Assembly (NCBI GenBank): GCA_013239625.1
Contig: MU053934.1
Location: 6,094,399 to 6,158,398 of the forward strand
DNA: 64,000 nucleotides
Origin: Lama guanicoe
Taxonomy: Eukaryota
Reading direction: 5' to 3'
In this document: positions 58,324 through 64,000 of the stretch, in pieces
Position numbering within the stretch: the stretch's first letter is position 1
How the letters are laid out: every line of letters begins with the position of its first letter
Translations under genes and position numbers: made by a program
Notes under the pieces: generated by a model
What the model saw: only the letters and a program-made list of their open reading frames with translations
Told to the model about the DNA's origin: nothing
Databases searched by the model: none

Positions 58324-61300
58324 GTGAGCAAACTAAAGGCTCTCTGGGTTCACGGGGGCGGGGTGCCTCCTCCGGTGCTTGCGGCTATGGGCGAGGCAAG
58401 GTGAGGCGGACCCGACTTCCGGCCGACTTTTCGTGTACCTGTTCCTGCCGCAGGCCCAGCGCCCGTGCCCGCTCCTCCGGCGCCCGAGGTCAAGTCGTCC
58501 CCGGCTTAGTCAACTCTCCCAGCCCTGTTCCCGCCCCGCTGGACTCGTGGGTCTAAGAAGCGGCGGCCGGGTGAAGAGTGGAGGCGTCTCTTTCTTATTT
58601 TTGAGGGCTGCCCTTTCCTCCCCCCGTAGGGTTTTTTTTTTTTTCTGTACCTCAAGGTGAGGACAAGGTGACTGGGGGGCGCGGTGGTTGTTGAGCCCGC
58701 TAGGCCCAGAACCTGAAGGCCTCACTTATCATCTCTCAGCAGCAGAGCAAGCCAAGTGCATATATGGTTGCCAAACTTGGAGAAAAAACTATTACCTATT
58801 TCATCTTGTGGGGATTCTGTGGAACATACAGCCAAGAATTCTAGGACGTCTTCTGTGCCCAGACGTAGTAAATAGTAACGCTATCAGTAGTCTCCCACTT
58901 TTGCACAAGATTGCAAAACTTAATTCCTCCCCATATCGTTTAATTTATACAATTATTTGGTGAGACGATTATTCTCATTTGCTAGGTGATGAAACTGCTA
59001 GAAAGCAGATAAAAGTTCCTGCTCTGTGACTTACCAAAGCCTGTGGCCTGAGCATCTTATTGCCACGCTGTTCTCCTTGTTCAAGTCACCTTGCCCTCAA
59101 AGAACTAGCTGAGCCAGAGTGTGATCCTGGAGCTGACATTTGTATTTGTGAGAGTGTGAGAATGGGGTATTTTGAGCTTATAATTAGTTGCCTTTCGTTT
59201 ACTAGATGGGAGGGTGAAAGACTCAACAGTTTGACCTTGACTGCCCTATTATGAACTACCTAGAAAATTGACTGTCAAATGTTTTTTTCACTCCTAACTT
59301 GACAACCCTAGGAAGATGTTATACTCAAAAGGTTCAATATCAAGCATGCATTTCATTAGTAAAAGTAAAGCACATAGGCATTTGTAGACATTCTCTCACA
59401 ACCTTTTACATTTAACTTTGTGAATCTACTCTGGATCAAGGAGCACAACTTTGATTATAGATTTAAAAAAGAAGTTATGTACTGTGCTCTCAGAAAGTAT
59501 TGTGTTAGCGGAAGTCTTTTTTTTTTTAAATTCCTTTGCTTAAATTTAAACCATGTGATTTAAAGTGAAATCATCATTTATCTTAAAATACTTAGGATCT
59601 CTCAGTTCTGGGCAAAGACAAGGGATTCACCCTGATTATCTCTTCAGATCTTCCGATTCTCCAGGTTAACAATGTGGAAATCGTTTCTTCCTGATCCTGC
59701 TGTCCTATGATGTAGTGAGGCAAATTTATTTGCAAAATTATTGCAGATACATTGAGCTTGGGAAGAGAGGACTAAAACCGCAGTATTTTTGAACTGAAAA
59801 AGTCTTGAAAAACATGAGCCTTAGACCTGTATGGGAAGAGATCTGGACCATAGTTCATATTCTACCCTGACCAAGTGACCTTGAACTTGGGAACTGAATC
59901 CCAATTTCCACATCTGTCAGTTAAGGATGATCTTCATTGATAACCATTTATTGAGTATTTGGTGATCAGCTTTGATTCAGATCATTATGATGATTGTTAT
60001 AAAGTGATGAGAAAGAATATATTTGTTTATGATCATCATGTCATCCAACTTCCTCTTCTACACACAGACAATCCAAGACCTTGAGAACTTGGGTCTCCTT
60101 GTTTGTTCATTTAGCTGAGATGAATGAACGGCATTATACCCTAGTGTCTCCTAATAGCCGTGCTGTCTTCAGTGATGGTCAGTTACCACTGTCCTCTGGA
60201 AACCTTGTAAATTTATCTCTTGTGTTTAGCTACATTTGAGAAATGATGCTACTACCTTATTTGCCATGTCTGCAGAACTCTGTCCATGCATTCAGTTGGT
60301 TACTACCTCATTCACCACATATTTACTGAGTACCCACCTTTTGCTCTGGGTACAATGAGAAGCAAAGCAGACAATTCCTGTTCTCATGGAACTTCAGCTA
60401 TGTCCTAATGTATTCTACTTCAGAGGACCTTGGAGATCTTTCTCAGCTAAAATATTCTTCTTTTGCTCTTGGCAGAAGACCAAAGGTCTTCCTGGCTGTA
60501 CCATGACTAGACCAAAGGTGAAGATGATAGAATGATGGCAGTTACTACTACCGCTAAGAGTAGCTAACATTTACCTTACTGTGTGCCAGTAGTCTCACAT
60601 GACCCCATGAGATAAGGCAGATTTACTAGCCCTGTCTTATAGATGAAGAAACAGAATTAGAGCAGAGGCATAGTGTCATGGCTAAGAGCATGGATTCTGG
60701 CATCACACTACTTATTTGAATGTGACTCTGATACTCATTAGCTGTGACTTTGGGCAAGTTACTGTACCTCTCTGTGCCTGTTTCCTCACCTGTAAGAAAT
60801 GGATAACAGGACATCTGACTTATCTAATAATCATATTACAGTTGCAAAGTATTTGGAGCTGCTGGCAACTAGTAAGTGCTATATAATTGTTAATAAAAAT
60901 AAACTTATCTGGGGCCTTATTGCTAGTTGTTAGCAGATGTGATTTGAATCTGCACCTTTCTGATTCCCAAGCCTAGGGTCCTAGCACCTGTATTGTAATA
61001 CTCCTTCCCTTTGGCATCAAGGCTCAGCCTGCCAACCAGGCTACCATTAATGGTCCATAACCAGAGAACAGTGCTCTTCAAGTGGAAAGTGTTCTATTGT
61101 TGGACAGTACTTGCTACCAGATAGGAAGATTAGAAACAGAGTGAAGAAAATGGAGGTGACATTTTGGAAAGCTGAGATGAATGAACTCTCTCTTTTTTTA
61201 AAATTAGTTTTAGGGTAAGTGACTATGGATGGTAAATAAAAGGGGTTGGGCACTTGCAGATACATTTCTTAAGTCTTTGATTTTGCTTTGAGGAACTGGG

Positions 61301-61639
61301 ACGCTGAGTTCTTATCATATGACCTTGGAGAAGTCATGCATCCTTTTGCATGTAAATCTGAAATGGCAGTTAACTACAAAGAAGTTTGACGTATTTGGCA
61401 AAAGTTAAAAATGCTTCCGTAAAAGTGCTGTGTTAAAAAAATCTTGCTTTGAATTGTGAAATAGGTCATTCTGGTTGCATGTTCATTATGGTACCTTCTC
61501 ATGTCCCATAGTCAGCTATTGATTTGAATTGAGTGAGTAAATGAATGATTAATAGATGGGTAAATAAACTTCCAATCTCAAATTTGGGCAAAGGGAGTAG
61601 AATCACCATCTTGAGGACTAGGGCAGTACACCATTGCCT

Positions 61640-62400
61640 TTTGAACCAACTGTTCCTAAAATGTTTATTGAAAACTTGCTATATGCCTAGCACTGTTGTA
61701 GACATGAGGAGTGTAATAATGAACAAATAGTGGAGCTTATGTTGTAGTTCTGGGGAGACAATAAACAAGTAGACAAACAAGAAATTGTGGCTATGAAGTG
61801 ATACATGGAAGATAAAACAAGACAGTGTTGTAGAGAGGAGGGGTAGGGTGTGGCATTTCTTTAACTGGGGTAATTGGGGAAGGCCTCTCAGAAGAGGTGA
61901 CATTTGAGGTGATACTTAAGAAGGCAGCCCCTTCAGCATTTTGGGAGGGGAGACTTCAAGTAGAAGGAGCAGCATGTGCAGAGCACCTGAGATAGGTCTG
62001 AGTTAGTGTGTTGAGGATAAGAAATAAGGCCAGCATGGCCAAGGTGATGAGAGGAAGGTCTGAGCAAGAGGTAGGAGCCAGGATTATGTCTGCTTTGGTA
62101 AGGAAATTGTGTTTTACTCCAAGTGTAATGAAAATCCACTGGAAGGTTTTAAGCTGTGAAGTGACAGGATCTGATTTATGGCTGAGAAGAATCATTCGGG
62201 CAGCTGCGTGGATGATGGACCAAGAGGGACAAAAGAGGAGGCAGGGAGAATTATCCAAGGAGCGGTGAAGGTATCTGGGACTAGGGTTCTGGAGGTGGCA
62301 ATCTTTTGGAGGCAGTTGGATTGGATGTGGAACGTGAGGGACAGGGAGTAATTAAGGATGGCTCCCAGGTTTGGGGTCTGAGCAACTGAAGGATGGGTGA
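61640..62400. mobile_element. L2 LINE remnant in ACO2 intron 1
   Basis: aaatgtttattgaaaacttgctatatgcctagcactg...ggaaggcctctcagaagaggtgacatttgag...aaggatggctcccaggtttgggg. Confidence 0.75.
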
Positions 62401-62673
62401 ACTTAAATTCAGTAGTCATGTATTTGCATAGTACTTGTTAAACTTAGTTGAGGGCTGAAGCTCCTTTATAAATTCTTGACCCTTTTATCAGCTCTCAACA
62501 AATACCTGTACTTCACAGGTGAGGAAGCTGGATGGACTCAAGTGTCTTGCCCCAGGGTTTCTCATTTGAGTGTGAGCATCATGTCTGAAGTGAGCGCTGG
62601 TCATCTCAGGCCTTATTGTGGTACCTAGTGTCTCCAAGAGGGTCATCTGGGAAGTATTTTAAATGAGTGTTGG

Positions 62674-62767
62674 GAGAGGAGGGTAGAGCTCAGTGGTAGA
62701 TCACATGCTTAGCATGCACAAGGTCCTGGGTTCAATTCCCAGTGCCTCCACTGAATAAAATAAAATA
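62674..62767 (+). mobile_element. tRNA-derived SINE (Vic-1-like)
   Basis: TSD aaatgagtgttgg at 62661-62673 and 62768-62780. (TAAAA)n tail. Confidence 0.9.
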
Positions 62768-62899
62768 AAATGAGTGTTGGTGCTTGAGTGGCCTGCCTTC
62801 ACTGGCTCCAGCTTTCTTCCCAGCACGTGGTTTAGAAGGCGGTGGTGGGCTCTGGTCCCCTTGGCATAAAGGAGGGGAGGGACTGCACGGAAGCCACTT

Positions 62900-63295
62900 G
62901 CAGAGATGGGGTGGTGGAGTTGGGGGGGTATTGAATGAAGTTTGTTAAGAGGTACACTTCCAGTCATAAGATAAATAAGTACTAAGGATGTAATGGTCAA
63001 CATGATAAATATAATTCATACTGCTGTGTGTTATATATGAAAGTTGCTGAGAGAATAAATCCTAAGCGTTCTTATCACAAGGAAAAGATATATTTTTTCT
63101 ATTTTTAAAATTCTTTATCTATATGAGATCATAGATGTTCACCAAATGTGTGGTAATTATTTCAAGATGTAAGTCAACTCATTATGCTGTATACCTTAAA
63201 ATTTAAGTAGCCGTATGTCGATTATATCTAAATAAAACTGGAAGAAAAAAATTTAAAAATTAAAGATTTAAAAATAAGCCAAAAAAGAAAAAGCA
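62900..63295 (+). mobile_element. L1 3' end with A-rich tail
   Basis: aggtacacttccagtcataagataaataagtactaaggatgtaatg...tatgctgtataccttaaa...aataaaactggaagaaaaaa. Confidence 0.85.
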
Positions 63296-64000
63296 GAAAC
63301 CAGAGGGGGACTTCCTCTACCACCGACTTATGTAGCTTCAAGCAAGGTCTCCATCCTCTGTGGCTCTCAGGTTACACGTCTGCAGAATGGGACGATTCAT
63401 AGCTCCCCTCCCATTAAGAAGATCCTGAAGGCCTAATAGTATTTGGAAAGTTCTTTGAACTCTATAATGCACTATAAAAATTTGTGAATCATTTCCAGTG
63501 TTATTTTAGGAACAGGCCTTTGCTAACATTGAGACGAAGGCCAGACTTTTTCCTCAGATTGTTCCAGAAGGAACTGTAGAAGCTCCTTATTTAGGGGATC
63601 CTAAAAGGCATGGAGAATGATTTTTGTGGGTTCATTCTGCAAAACTTGGGCCAAAGGAAAAGGCACCAGTTTTGCTGTGTGGCCCTGGGCAAAATAGTTG
63701 AGTTCCAGAGTCTCGGTTTCATCATCTGTAAAATGGGCACAGTATCTTCTGCCTCTCTGGGTGGTCGTGAGTATTAATGGGACTGTGTGTATAAAGCACT
63801 TGGGGCAAATCTGGCGCAGGGTATAGGCAACCTGGTGAAAGTTAGTCTATGTCTGCAGCCCTGGAGGTGGCCTTCAGCCTCTGTTGCTCCAGCATTTATC
63901 CTCAGCTTATAAAAAGACCAGCTCTAGGAAAATTGCTTGCTCCTCCCATAATCTGCATGGATATGGGTATGGAGTAGTTGTGCAGGAACACCTTTTGGGT

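Noticed and set aside
1..64000. CRISPR arrays, operons or other prokaryotic defence systems
   Set aside because: The sequence is spliced mammalian DNA with no repeat-spacer arrays.

Overview
Mammalian (eukaryotic) genomic DNA, most likely camelid, judged from eight tRNA-derived Vic-1-like SINEs. It covers the conserved TEF - TOB2 - PHF5A - ACO2 block. From left to right: (i) 1-4267, a degenerate, internally deleted class I (gamma-like) endogenous retrovirus on the minus strand, with 5' LTR, tRNA-Lys-type PBS and gag/pro/pol remnants, ending about 0.45 kb from the TEF promoter; (ii) TEF (+, 4 coding exons, 303 aa PAR-bZIP factor); (iii) an intergenic CpG island carrying a perfect PAR-bZIP palindrome, and an AP-1 cluster; (iv) TOB2 (-, single coding exon, 345 aa); (v) PHF5A (-, 4 exons, 110 aa); (vi) a bidirectional promoter and exon 1 of ACO2 (+) with its iron-responsive element. 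The rest is MIR/L2/L1/MER/SINE debris. I find no new multi-gene system. The most promising leads are the ERV next to TEF, the candidate TEF-feedback element in the orphan CpG island, a candidate cassette exon in PHF5A and a promoter-like ZNF143 module inside TOB2 intron 1. Repeat family names and comparisons to human come from recall, not from a database search.
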